From Rhodothermales bacterium (lineage in GTDB: Bacteria; Bacteroidota; Rhodothermia; Rhodothermales; JAHQVL01): a stretch of DNA of 64,000 bases. The translations under genes and the position numbers were made by a program. The notes beneath the pieces were generated by a model, which saw only the letters and a program-made list of their open reading frames with translations, did not search any database and was not told the origin of the DNA. The stretch is from the NCBI GenBank assembly GCA_965263205.1, contig CBDHHF010000016.1, positions 1,878 through 65,877 of the forward strand. The letters are read 5' to 3'. Positions 1 to 8,952 of the stretch are shown here, piece after piece (the stretch's first letter is position 1; each line of letters begins with the position of its first letter).

Positions 1-1
1 G

Positions 2-493
2 CGTAGCCTCAAGCTGGGACTGATAAGTTTTCTTCCCAACTTGCTGCCAGCGGTTGTGGCATTTGGGGTCTGGGCATTGCTCGATGGCGTGGTAAACCTT
101 GGCCTCTCCGTGGTCGTCGGTATGACGATGGGGATTGTGGTAGACGACTCGATTCACTTCCTGAGCAAATACCGCCGTGCACGCCGCGAGAAAAATCTGT
201 CTGCTGAAGACGCCATTCGGTATGCGTTTTCGTCGGTAGGTCGTGCGCTTGTGATGACAACGGTGATTCTTGCCGCCGGCTTTATGGTGCTTTCTACCTC
301 TGCTTTTGGCATGAACGCAAGTATGGGATTGCTCACTGCAATCACCATCGTTTTAGCACTCATTATCGATTTCTTTACCCTGCCGCCGCTTCTTTTATGG
401 TTGGATGGCGACAAGAATGGCGCTGATGATGTCGGAGGAGATGGGATGCCCGCCGGTACGCCTCAGCCGATTAGCTCACCAGCCGGCCTCTAA
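2..493 (+). CDS. RND-superfamily MMPL-type exporter, C-terminal fragment (5' end outside window)
   Basis: The frame is open from the window edge (..LISFLPNLLPAVVAFGVW..). The last TM bundle carries GIVVDDSIHFLSKYRRARRE, typical of MMPL/HpnN-like RND permeases. Confidence 0.75.
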   Translation, partial: RSLKLGLISFLPNLLPAVVAFGVWALLDGVVNLGLSVVVGMTMGIVVDDSIHFLSKYRRARREKNLSAEDAIRYAFSSVGRALVMTTVILAAGFMVLSTSAFGMNASMGLLTAITIVLALIIDFFTLPPLLLWLDGDKNGADDVGGDGMPAGTPQPISSPAGL

Positions 494-540
494 AGAAGTA
501 CGTATATCCTCCCAAATACTTTTAATAAAAAAGCAAAACC

Positions 541-1329
541 ATGCTTAATTATAGATCACTTGTAATGGCCTTCCTGATGCTTTTTAGCGCAGGCGTGGCA
601 TTTGGACAAACCGCTGAAGAAAAAGGGTACAATATCGCGCTGGAAGCTGATGTGCGTGATACAGGGTTTGGCGACTCCACGTCAGATCTGAAAATGATTC
701 TTCGCAACCGCCACGGACAAGAAAGCAATCGCGAACTCCGTAACAAAACCCTCGAAGTGGATGGTGATGGTGATAAATCCCTGGTCATCTTTGACAAACC
801 GCGTGATGTACAGGGAACGGCTTTTTTGAACCACACACATAAATCTGGTCCCGATGACCAGTGGCTCTATTTGCCGGCGCTCAAGCGGGTAAAGCGCATT
901 GCGTCCAACAACAAGTCGGGTCCCTTTATGGGCAGCGAGTTTGCCTATGAAGATATCGCTTCGCAGGAGGTTGAAAAATATACCTATAAGTACATCACCG
1001 ATGAAGTCATTGATGGTGTTGATCATTTTGTGATTGAGCGCTACCCAACTGATAAAAAATCGGGCTACACGAAGCAAGTTGTCTGGTACGACAAAGCGGA
1101 GTATCGCTTGATGAAAATCGAATTCTACGACCGCAAGGCTAAACTCCTCAAAACGCTGACGTACGCAGACTATGCCCAGTACCTGGATAAATACTGGCGT
1201 GCCAGTACCATGGAAATGGAGAACCACCAGACGGGCAAGAGCACTACCCTGACCTGGGAAAACTTTGATTTCCAAACAGGACTTACGGACCGTGATTTTG
1301 ACAACAACAGCTTGCGCCGTGCGCGTTAA
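541..1329 (+). CDS. LolA-like outer-membrane lipoprotein-sorting family protein
   Basis: Signal peptide (LMLFSAGVAFGQ). The overall sequence resembles the LolA-like family that accompanies MMPL exporters. It starts 47 nt after the MMPL gene. Confidence 0.65.
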   Translation: MLNYRSLVMAFLMLFSAGVAFGQTAEEKGYNIALEADVRDTGFGDSTSDLKMILRNRHGQESNRELRNKTLEVDGDGDKSLVIFDKPRDVQGTAFLNHTHKSGPDDQWLYLPALKRVKRIASNNKSGPFMGSEFAYEDIASQEVEKYTYKYITDEVIDGVDHFVIERYPTDKKSGYTKQVVWYDKAEYRLMKIEFYDRKAKLLKTLTYADYAQYLDKYWRASTMEMENHQTGKSTTLTWENFDFQTGLTDRDFDNNSLRRAR

Positions 1330-1334
1330 TCAAG

Positions 1335-2607
1335 ATGTTAGATGCTAACGGTACATTACGCGCTACAATGATCGTATTTTTGCTAGGCCTGATGGCAGTT
1401 TTGTTGCCAAGAGGTGTGGCGCATGGACAGGAATTCAGTGGCGAAATTGGGGTTGAGCTCCGGGGATTTCCTCGGAGTCCCCTGTTGAATGGGCAACACG
1501 ATAGCAATTTTTCGGCGTATGCGATGCCCGAGTTTTACCTGGATTGGGATGACGGTTACCATAGCCTCACAATCACGCCCTTTGCTCGGTTCGATGCCGG
1601 CGATGCCGAACGTACCCACGTTGATCTGCGCGAGTTCTATTTTCTCAAGGCAGATCGAAACTGGGAAGTTCGTATTGGCCTCGTAAAGGTATTTTGGGGC
1701 GTAACGGAGTCGCAGCACCTGGTGGACGTGATTAACCAGACGGACCTCGTAGAAGGCCCCGATGGTGAGCAGAAACTTGGGCAACCGATGGTGCAATACA
1801 CCTGGATACCCCAGTGGGGGACCGTGGATGTTTTTCTGCTACCCTGGTTTCGTGAACGGACGTTTCCTGGCGAAGATGGCCGGCTTCGATTTCCTTTTCT
1901 CGTGGATGATGACGCTTCCCGGTTCAATCGCCGGCTCGATCTGGCTGTCCGCTGGTCGCATGCGATCAACGTGTTTGACATAGGCCTATCACACTTCTGG
2001 GGGACCAGCCGTGAACCCAGGTTTTCGATTGGCTTTCCGCCCAATGATGGCGCACCATTCCTGATTCCGAATTACGAGTCGATTCACCAGACCGGTCTGG
2101 ATTTACAAGCTACTGTAGGTGGCTGGCTCTGGAAAGCTGAAGCGATATCGCGTAGCGGTCAGGGAGATCGGTTCTACGCATTGACGGGTGGTTTTGAGTA
2201 TACGTTTGGCAATGTGCGAGATACGGGTATCGACATTGGCGTGTTGGCGGAATACCATTATGATAGCCGGGATGCTGTCGACTTTGCTGCGTTGCAGGCC
2301 CGTCTTTTTGACGGAGAAGAGACAATACGCAACGCCCGACTTGCAGTGTCCTTATTCGATAACGACACGTTTATTGGGACACGTTTGGCATTTAACGATG
2401 TGCAGAGTACAGCCATCCTGGCCGGCGCAGTGCTGGATAATAATACAGGGACAACGTCGCTCTTTCTGGAATCTAATCAGGCGTTTAGGTGACCGTTGGA
2501 CGCTGGATTTGGAAGCCAGGGGATTTGTCAACACAGATCCTGCAGATGCGCTGTACAGCTTCAGGCGAGACAGCTACGCACAGGTTCTCTTGAGTTACTA
2601 TTTCTAA
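1335..2607 (+). pseudogene. Outer-membrane beta-barrel protein with C-terminal +1 frameshift
   Basis: Frame 0 stops at 2492 (..LFLESNQAFR*). The +1 frame continues RLGDRWTLDLEARGFVNTDPADALYSFRRDSYAQVLLSYYF* to 2607, a canonical OMP beta-signal ending in Phe. The indel lies near 2478-2485. Confidence 0.6.
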
Positions 2608-2657
2608 TGGCAAACCAATCGGAGAGGATTGATGCGTTTGCTGTGTAAGGTTGCAAG

Positions 2658-2827
2658 TTAAGAGACTGTTGAGAAATTTCTTCACATCGCTGAGAAAGCG
2701 ATCTTTTGGTGCTTTTTTGCCCACTCTCCTCATACGTAGCTCGGCTATGCAATCGTCGAGATGTACCAAAAATCACTCAAAAGCTCATCTTCCTCAAAAC
2801 ATGAAGAAAAATCTCAACCGTCTCTAA
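2658..2827. mobile_element. MITE-like element, copy A (170 bp) with about 25-bp terminal inverted repeats
   Basis: The ends are TAAGAGACTGTTGAGAAATTTCTTCA ... TGAAGAAAAATCTCAACCGTCTCTAA. The reverse complement is near-identical to 37057-37260. It has no coding capacity. Confidence 0.8.
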
Positions 2828-2885
2828 AGGTTGAATGAATTTGACCTTTGCGATCGCAAAAAATGCAGCCGCAAAAATACAGCTG

Positions 2886-2923
2886 CAAAAATACAGCGGG
2901 GCCGGCGCATGTCCGGGCCCGCT
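2886..2923 (-). terminator. Rho-independent terminator of the T9SS cargo gene
   Basis: A GC-rich hairpin AGCGGGGCCGG-N7-CCGGGCCCGCT lies 5 nt after the stop codon. It is followed, in minus sense, by TGTATTTTTG. Confidence 0.6.
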
Positions 2924-2928
2924 ATTTT

Positions 2929-4785
2929 TTATCGGAGGAGGGTCATACTTCGGGTTTGGGTGGGCTGGTTTGTAACCTGCAGGCGATAGAAGTACATGCC
3001 GCTGGCCACGCCTTGTCCAGCCTGATCAGTTGCATCCCAGGATACGCTGTATGTACCGGGCGTATAGTGTCCGTGGAGCAGTTGCTTGATTTCCTGCCCC
3101 AGGACGTTGTACACCGTGAGTGTTACGGTACCCGGCGTATGTCCATTGATGGCAAAAGAGATGGTTGTTGTGGGATTGAACGGGTTTGGATAGTTGGGCA
3201 GAAGCTGCGTTGTCGTTGGCTGTTCGTCAGGTAATGTTGTACTTGTGATATAGGGATGATCGCTTTCAAAAAGGCGTATCTCGTCAACGGTTTGCACACC
3301 TCTAACCGTTTTAATACGCGCCCGTACATACTTGTTCACGAAGGGTATGATATCAAATGTTAATGTATTGGTGTTTGAGATAAGCATCCAGTCTGGTGCT
3401 AAATCAAAGGTTACATTTCCAATCTGTACACTACCGTTCGGCTCAAACAGGTTAAGGTGCCCCTCAATAGCTGCTACTGACATCCGTCCTACCTCCGTAA
3501 CCCTTGGCATGTCGTCACCTTCTTTGACAGCAAGCACAGTCACTAATTGTCCATGGGCAATGTTTTGGGATAAAATTGCGTTGTTATGTTCGTCTACGTA
3601 TTGCGTGGCGTCATCGAGTCTGAGGTACATGCCGTCAACTTGAAGTACATCGACGTTGATGGAATCCACGCGGCCTTCCACGTGCATTTGGTTATTTTCC
3701 AATCCTTCAATGCCAGAAATTGTCAACAACGTCCCGTCGGGTTGACGATCCGCCAAAATGTTGACTGGGAACTCGAGAGAGTCCTGGGGTGCTAGACCTG
3801 CGTTATTTTTGAGGAAAACGGCGAAAAATGTATTGGGTGTTACGACGAATGTCTGGCCGAGTATGGTTAAGGTGGGGCCTGTCAGCGCGGAGATGACACC
3901 GCGAACCTTTACCACGTCGTCGAAAAGCTCATCGCGCGCTATTTGTGTTGCAATTTGCTGGTCGTTCACCACGTCCGCTTGCACTTCAACGACCTGTCCA
4001 ATGATCAGCGAAGACAAAGGAATGGGCTGCCGTCCCCCTGTGTCGAGCACGGTTGTGTTCTTGTCGATGATGAATGTCTGGCCGGCAATGGTGAGTGTGT
4101 TATTCGAGTACGATTCGAGCGTACCCGTCATCTCGATTTTGTTAGCATAAAAGCTACGTTGCCTTATCCAGTCGGCGATAAAATTACCCGTCGCGTCGAT
4201 GGCTCCTCTGGCTGTGATAAACTGTAACACGGCCAGGTCTGCCGTGGCGATGGACTGGTTGTTTTCATCGCGTACCTGGAGTGCATCACCATAAAGAATG
4301 GGTTGCTTTTGGAGCACAAGCGCATCAGGTCCGGTCTGGTCGATGAAACCCGTCATTTCGAACAAATCGATGGTATTGGGCGCCGCGTCAGTGCCTACAG
4401 CTATGCCAACGCTTGCGCGGATTTCCCGATCATTTTCATCTTTTAATCTGAGCTTGAGTACCCAAGTTTGTTGTGATGGATTAAGCGAAGCTAACGCCAT
4501 AGCTTTTGTGTACGTGCCGTCCATGTTATTGACAAACGTTGTTTCAAGCGCATCAGGACCGAATTCGGATCGCAGCACGAGATCATTTTTATCGAGGTCG
4601 CCTGCAAAGAGATTGTCTGCGCGCACCATAATATGGAGCGTGTCAGTGGATTCAAACGCGCGATCTGAGGTGGAGAAATCTGCATTTTTTGAAATGTAAA
4701 TTTGCGCCTGTGCATTGATGACACCGGGCAGGAAGAGCAGTAGCGTTGCCAAAAAGGTCAGGTAGCGAGTCTTATCAAGGTTCAT
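2929..4785 (-). CDS. Secreted repeat protein (DUF5666-like beta modules) with T9SS C-terminal sorting domain
   Basis: Signal peptide. Internal repeats are of the type TLTIAGQTFIIDKNTTV / TLTILGQTFVVTPNTFF. The C-terminus YPNPFNPTTTISF...VYNVLGQEI...GMYFYRLQ...MTLLR is a Por_Secre_tail. Confidence 0.85.
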   Translation of the reverse strand: MNLDKTRYLTFLATLLLFLPGVINAQAQIYISKNADFSTSDRAFESTDTLHIMVRADNLFAGDLDKNDLVLRSEFGPDALETTFVNNMDGTYTKAMALASLNPSQQTWVLKLRLKDENDREIRASVGIAVGTDAAPNTIDLFEMTGFIDQTGPDALVLQKQPILYGDALQVRDENNQSIATADLAVLQFITARGAIDATGNFIADWIRQRSFYANKIEMTGTLESYSNNTLTIAGQTFIIDKNTTVLDTGGRQPIPLSSLIIGQVVEVQADVVNDQQIATQIARDELFDDVVKVRGVISALTGPTLTILGQTFVVTPNTFFAVFLKNNAGLAPQDSLEFPVNILADRQPDGTLLTISGIEGLENNQMHVEGRVDSINVDVLQVDGMYLRLDDATQYVDEHNNAILSQNIAHGQLVTVLAVKEGDDMPRVTEVGRMSVAAIEGHLNLFEPNGSVQIGNVTFDLAPDWMLISNTNTLTFDIIPFVNKYVRARIKTVRGVQTVDEIRLFESDHPYITSTTLPDEQPTTTQLLPNYPNPFNPTTTISFAINGHTPGTVTLTVYNVLGQEIKQLLHGHYTPGTYSVSWDATDQAGQGVASGMYFYRLQVTNQPTQTRSMTLLR

Positions 4786-4826
4786 TTTGTGATCAATTTC
4801 TTGTGTGGGTTTTGAAGCCTCACCAT

Positions 4827-4842
4827 TGCAGCGCTATTGCCA
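4827..4842 (-). promoter_or_regulatory. Candidate sigma54 -24/-12 promoter
   Basis: The minus strand reads TGGCAATAGCGCTGCA (GG-N10-GC, 14/16 to TGGCAC-N5-TTGCA). It ends 41 nt upstream of the ATG at 4785. Confidence 0.4.
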
Positions 4843-4957
4843 TGCGGACAACTGCTTGATGATGGTGTAAATAGGCTCGTTCGTTACCTGATAAGACGTC
4901 AGAATTGTATCCACCTGCTCATGAGCCAGGCAGGTATAGCGCGGTAGACTTGTAAAG

Positions 4958-4997
4958 CCGTTCAACCTTTAACAGCAAACAGGTCAATCCTCCAGGA
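4958..4997. repeat. Dispersed 39-40-bp intergenic repeat (inverted copy at 49773-49811)
   Basis: CCGTTCAACCTTTAACAGCAAACAGGTCAATCCTCCAGGA is the reverse complement of 49773-49811 with 3 mismatches. It contains the palindrome AATCCTCCAGGATT. Confidence 0.8.
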
Positions 4998-5012
4998 TTG
5001 AATGGTCTACAC

Positions 5013-7772
5013 TCAGTAATCGACTCTGAAGGAGAGGGTAAACTGCCGGCCGGGTAGGGCGCGTGGTGAGGTGAGTGCTGCTGGACTACCTGGTTCGAGC
5101 AGCTGATCAAATACATTCTCGCGGTCAAGAATATTGATCACAAAAAACTGGATAGAGGAGCGGACGGAGCTGGATGAGATTTGTAGTACGGTACCCAGAT
5201 CCAGGCGCTGATAACTTGGCGCTTTGTCGTTTAATGGGGAGTTCAGGTCAAATGGATTCAGTGAAACAGGTAACGGCCGGAATGCCAGGAAGTCATAATA
5301 CGCCCTGCGAAGCGCCCACTTCTTGCCCCACTGGCTGACCCAGTTGGCTTCTAACGAAAAGGACTCGCTCAAACGTGCTACTGCGTCGAGCCTGATCTGA
5401 TGTGGTGTATTCCAGGGGACTTCCACGCGTTGGCCGTCAAATCGATTTGGGAATTGCTGTTCTGAAAGGATGTAGTCGTATCCCGATTTGAGCGTTAGCC
5501 AGTTACCTGTTCGGGCCATGTGCAAGCTTGCGCCATATGATCTGCCATCTGCCCTGCTAATGAACTGGTCTTGTGGCATGGAGGCTTCAGATCCTTCGAG
5601 TTGCTGCAATACTGCATAGTCGATCGTTAACACTTCTTGCCACTTGATAAAGGACTCGGCAGCGATGGTCCAGTTTTCGCCTGGCGTAATTAACATTTCC
5701 AGCGCAAGGTGCGAGGCCATGGGAGGCGTTTGGGTTTCATCCAACGGGAGCCAGAACAAGATAGACGGCGCAGCTGATGTTGTCCCGAAGCTGGTAAGGT
5801 CGTACTGGTTGATGTATTGCCTGTACATACCACCGGCAAGCCGAATCGCATAATTCCCCAGGAGCCTGTTTACAGCGTCGAAACGGAGCGCCAGCCGAGG
5901 TTCAAGATAGGCCTTTTCGTGGATGGGTAGATAGGTTAACCTGAGGCCTGGCTCTACGGTAGCAAAGGCATTCAACGCAATCTGGTTATGGACAAAGCCG
6001 GCCAGGTTTGTGGTAGAAATGTTGTGCGTGAGCGGTGGGACAAAGGCATTGCGGAAATCGAATTCCGTTTCCACGTGCGTAAACTCGAGCCCAATGTCTG
6101 TATGATGAAATGGGGAAAAGCTGTGTGATAGCGTCGAGCTCAGTGTAATTTCACGAATGAAGTTTCGCTCGGCGGAGGAGAGCGCATCAGCAAGCGTACT
6201 TTTCAGATCGACAGCCTTGAGATCAACCACTTGCGTGCTTGGCTGGTCTTCGATAAAATCATTGGAAGCACGGTAGCTGTATTGGGAATTGTGCCAGCTG
6301 CCTTTCAATTGCGTAGATAGCGCTGATTGGTTGCCAAGCAGCCAGCTATGTTTGAGTTGGCCGGCCCAGTTTAACCAGCTATAGCGGTCAGAGGTGATTA
6401 CAAACAAATCATTCCCAACTTCCAGTAAATCGTTGGTTACAACGAGGTCAGAGGCGATGCGGTTGCTGGCGCGGTAGAGCGAACCGTGTACACTTTGGTA
6501 AGGGGACAGTTTAATGCGTGTCGCCACGTGCAGATCTGAAAACGCAATCAACGGCGTCTGCGTGTGGGTTGTGAGGGTAGTTGGGGCTACCGACTCACCC
6601 GTCCACAGACTTGTGAGGAATGGATCAATGCCACTCCAGTTTTCGAGCAAAGCCTGGATACCACGGTCCTGGTACAGATCCCAGTTGCTTGTTCTGCCTG
6701 CTACCATAAATAGACCTTCGCGCTCATCTCCCAGATCAAAACGGCCTTTCACCTGACCGTTTGCACTTACCGGGTCAATCATTAAGGTAGCGCCGTATCG
6801 GTCAGCGGGATGCAGGTCCTGATCAATGGAAATGAATCCTGTGAGGTGGCTGCCGTGTCGTGCGCCATAGCCGGCTTTGTGCACGGTCATGCGCTTAATG
6901 GCAAGCGGACTGAATGCACCCAGGTACCGCCCAAGTGCTACCGGATCGCGAACAGGGGCGCCATCAAGCAACGTCACATGTTCATTACTGATACCACCCT
7001 GGATTTGTACACCCGCGAGCGGTTGGAGAATCGAAACGCCGGCCAGTTTGCTTGCCCCTCGCATGACATCAGGCGTACCTAAAGCCGACATCCCAACCAT
7101 ATTGGCACCTTTCAGCGTAGGGTTGCCCAGATCCTGAGAGGGGATGCGTTGCTCCAGACCGTCGATAACAATAGGGCCAACAGATGTGGCACTGGATTGC
7201 AATTTAATGTTGATTCGGCTCCGCGCACCCGGTTCAACCCAGATGCTGTCCATCGTTGTTTCATAGCCCACGTACGTCACAACCACGCGTTGCAACCCGG
7301 AGATCAGCGATTTGAAGCTGAAAAATCCATCCTGGTTGGTTGTTGTGCCTGAACTGCCATCTGCCAGTAAAACGTTAGCGTAGGGGAGCGGCATGCCCGT
7401 TTCTACATCGGTAATGCTTCCGGCCAGATCGCCAAAGAGTGGAGCCTGTTGGATGGCTTCGATAAGGATATAAGTGCCGGCAGAGGACCGGATATAATCG
7501 AGACCAGAATCCTGCAGGATGCATTGGAGCAACGCTTCAGGGGTAGCATCTTTTTTTGAGCAAAAGACTTGTTTGTCTTTGATGAGGTCGCTCGATACAA
7601 CCAGATCGAGCTGTGTTTGCGCAACAAGCGTTTCGAGGGCTTCTTCCATTGAAACGCCCCGGAGCAAGAGACTATACGTATTGCCTGCTTGCGCAAAAAC
7701 CTGGATACTCGTCGAACCAGAGAGCACCAGGAGGAGCAATACTACGTAGATGTTGCGCAAAGCAGATTTCAT
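5013..7772 (-). CDS. TonB-dependent receptor with N-terminal STN signalling domain and CarboxypepD_reg domain (FecA-like transducer)
   Basis: Domain order: signal peptide, STN-like segment (LLLRGVSMEEALETLVAQTQLDLVV..), CarboxypepD_reg (GSITDVETGMPLPYANVLL..), plug, then a long beta-barrel ending ..LSFRVDY. Confidence 0.9.
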   Translation of the reverse strand: MKSALRNIYVVLLLLVLSGSTSIQVFAQAGNTYSLLLRGVSMEEALETLVAQTQLDLVVSSDLIKDKQVFCSKKDATPEALLQCILQDSGLDYIRSSAGTYILIEAIQQAPLFGDLAGSITDVETGMPLPYANVLLADGSSGTTTNQDGFFSFKSLISGLQRVVVTYVGYETTMDSIWVEPGARSRINIKLQSSATSVGPIVIDGLEQRIPSQDLGNPTLKGANMVGMSALGTPDVMRGASKLAGVSILQPLAGVQIQGGISNEHVTLLDGAPVRDPVALGRYLGAFSPLAIKRMTVHKAGYGARHGSHLTGFISIDQDLHPADRYGATLMIDPVSANGQVKGRFDLGDEREGLFMVAGRTSNWDLYQDRGIQALLENWSGIDPFLTSLWTGESVAPTTLTTHTQTPLIAFSDLHVATRIKLSPYQSVHGSLYRASNRIASDLVVTNDLLEVGNDLFVITSDRYSWLNWAGQLKHSWLLGNQSALSTQLKGSWHNSQYSYRASNDFIEDQPSTQVVDLKAVDLKSTLADALSSAERNFIREITLSSTLSHSFSPFHHTDIGLEFTHVETEFDFRNAFVPPLTHNISTTNLAGFVHNQIALNAFATVEPGLRLTYLPIHEKAYLEPRLALRFDAVNRLLGNYAIRLAGGMYRQYINQYDLTSFGTTSAAPSILFWLPLDETQTPPMASHLALEMLITPGENWTIAAESFIKWQEVLTIDYAVLQQLEGSEASMPQDQFISRADGRSYGASLHMARTGNWLTLKSGYDYILSEQQFPNRFDGQRVEVPWNTPHQIRLDAVARLSESFSLEANWVSQWGKKWALRRAYYDFLAFRPLPVSLNPFDLNSPLNDKAPSYQRLDLGTVLQISSSSVRSSIQFFVINILDRENVFDQLLEPGSPAALTSPRALPGRQFTLSFRVDY

Positions 7773-7875
7773 AGGTGGTAGCCGGAATAAATAAAAAGGA
7801 GGGGCCAGCGGATTATGGTCGCTGTGCCCGCACCTTGATAGTCATGTATCCCAAACTCGGGTTACAGTTTCCAGC

Positions 7876-8952
7876 TTATGGGGTAGGGTTATTGTTTTCG
7901 CCCGATCCACGGGAGAAAATGCTAAACCCATTACTTATTTCTCTGAACTGACACTGTACCGACAGGCAGATCGATTCGATGAGTTCTTCGGGGGTGGGAT
8001 TTCTAACAAACAACGTGAGTTTGTGGTTGGCATCAATCGCCTCGTCCAGTTCGATATCCATCACATACCTGCGCTCCATTTCTGCGACGATTGACGCAAT
8101 CGACAGGTCCTGAATGGCAAATCCGTTGGAGCGCCAGGCATCAGCTTGTTCTACCGGTACCTGGGAGGCCATGGTTTCGATTTGTCCGTTTGCACTGGTA
8201 ACAACGCGGGCCATATCGCCGGCTTCTCGAAGCGTGTGCTGTTGGGTTTCGTCGTCATGACTTGTTACGAGCACGGTACCCGTTTTAAGCGCTACGCGAG
8301 TTTCTGGCGCGACATCGTGTTCGCGCGCCCATACATTAAAGCTGGTACCCAGCACACGAACTTGCGCATTAAACGATTCAACAATAAACGGCCGATCCAT
8401 TTTTTCGACCTCAAAAAAGGCTTCACCCTGTAAGCTTACGCGCCGCTTGTTGGTTGCGATGAGGGGCCAGGATTCGAAACGACGGGCATACTCGAGCCGC
8501 GAGCCGCTATTCAAGGTTACGACGGATTGATCAGGGAGTACAGCGGTAACCTGTTCCCCTAGCGGAGCCTGTACAACGACTGGAAGTCGCCAGAACCAGA
8601 TCATGCCGGCAAAAAGCGCAAGTGCTACGGCCGCACTCATGGTGGTCCATTGCATGGCTCGTTCACGTGGATGCCGGGCGCCTGACAGCGATGGACGGTC
8701 AGGAGCACGGCGCGAACGTGGTTTCGACGCGTCTGGCTGTGGTACGTCGCCGGCAGCATCAAGGGAGCGCTCCAGTTCTTGCAGCGCTGCCTCGGTATCT
8801 GGAATCAATGCGGGTGATTCGGTAGTGCCATCTTCGTCCATATGCCCAAGCAATTGCCAAACGCGCAATACGCGCGCCTGCTCTTCAGGCGTCTTCTGCT
8901 GCAGTTCTTCCTGCAGTTCGGGAGGTAAAGATGAATGACGTGGCGAACTCAT
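7876..8952 (-). CDS. FecR-family anti-sigma factor
   Basis: One TM segment (AAVALALFAGMIWFW). FecR domain (VTLNSGSRLEY..LQGEAFFEV..FIVESFNAQVRVLGTSFNV). It overlaps the sigma gene by 4 nt. Confidence 0.9.
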   Translation of the reverse strand: MSSPRHSSLPPELQEELQQKTPEEQARVLRVWQLLGHMDEDGTTESPALIPDTEAALQELERSLDAAGDVPQPDASKPRSRRAPDRPSLSGARHPRERAMQWTTMSAAVALALFAGMIWFWRLPVVVQAPLGEQVTAVLPDQSVVTLNSGSRLEYARRFESWPLIATNKRRVSLQGEAFFEVEKMDRPFIVESFNAQVRVLGTSFNVWAREHDVAPETRVALKTGTVLVTSHDDETQQHTLREAGDMARVVTSANGQIETMASQVPVEQADAWRSNGFAIQDLSIASIVAEMERRYVMDIELDEAIDANHKLTLFVRNPTPEELIESICLSVQCQFREISNGFSIFSRGSGENNNPTP

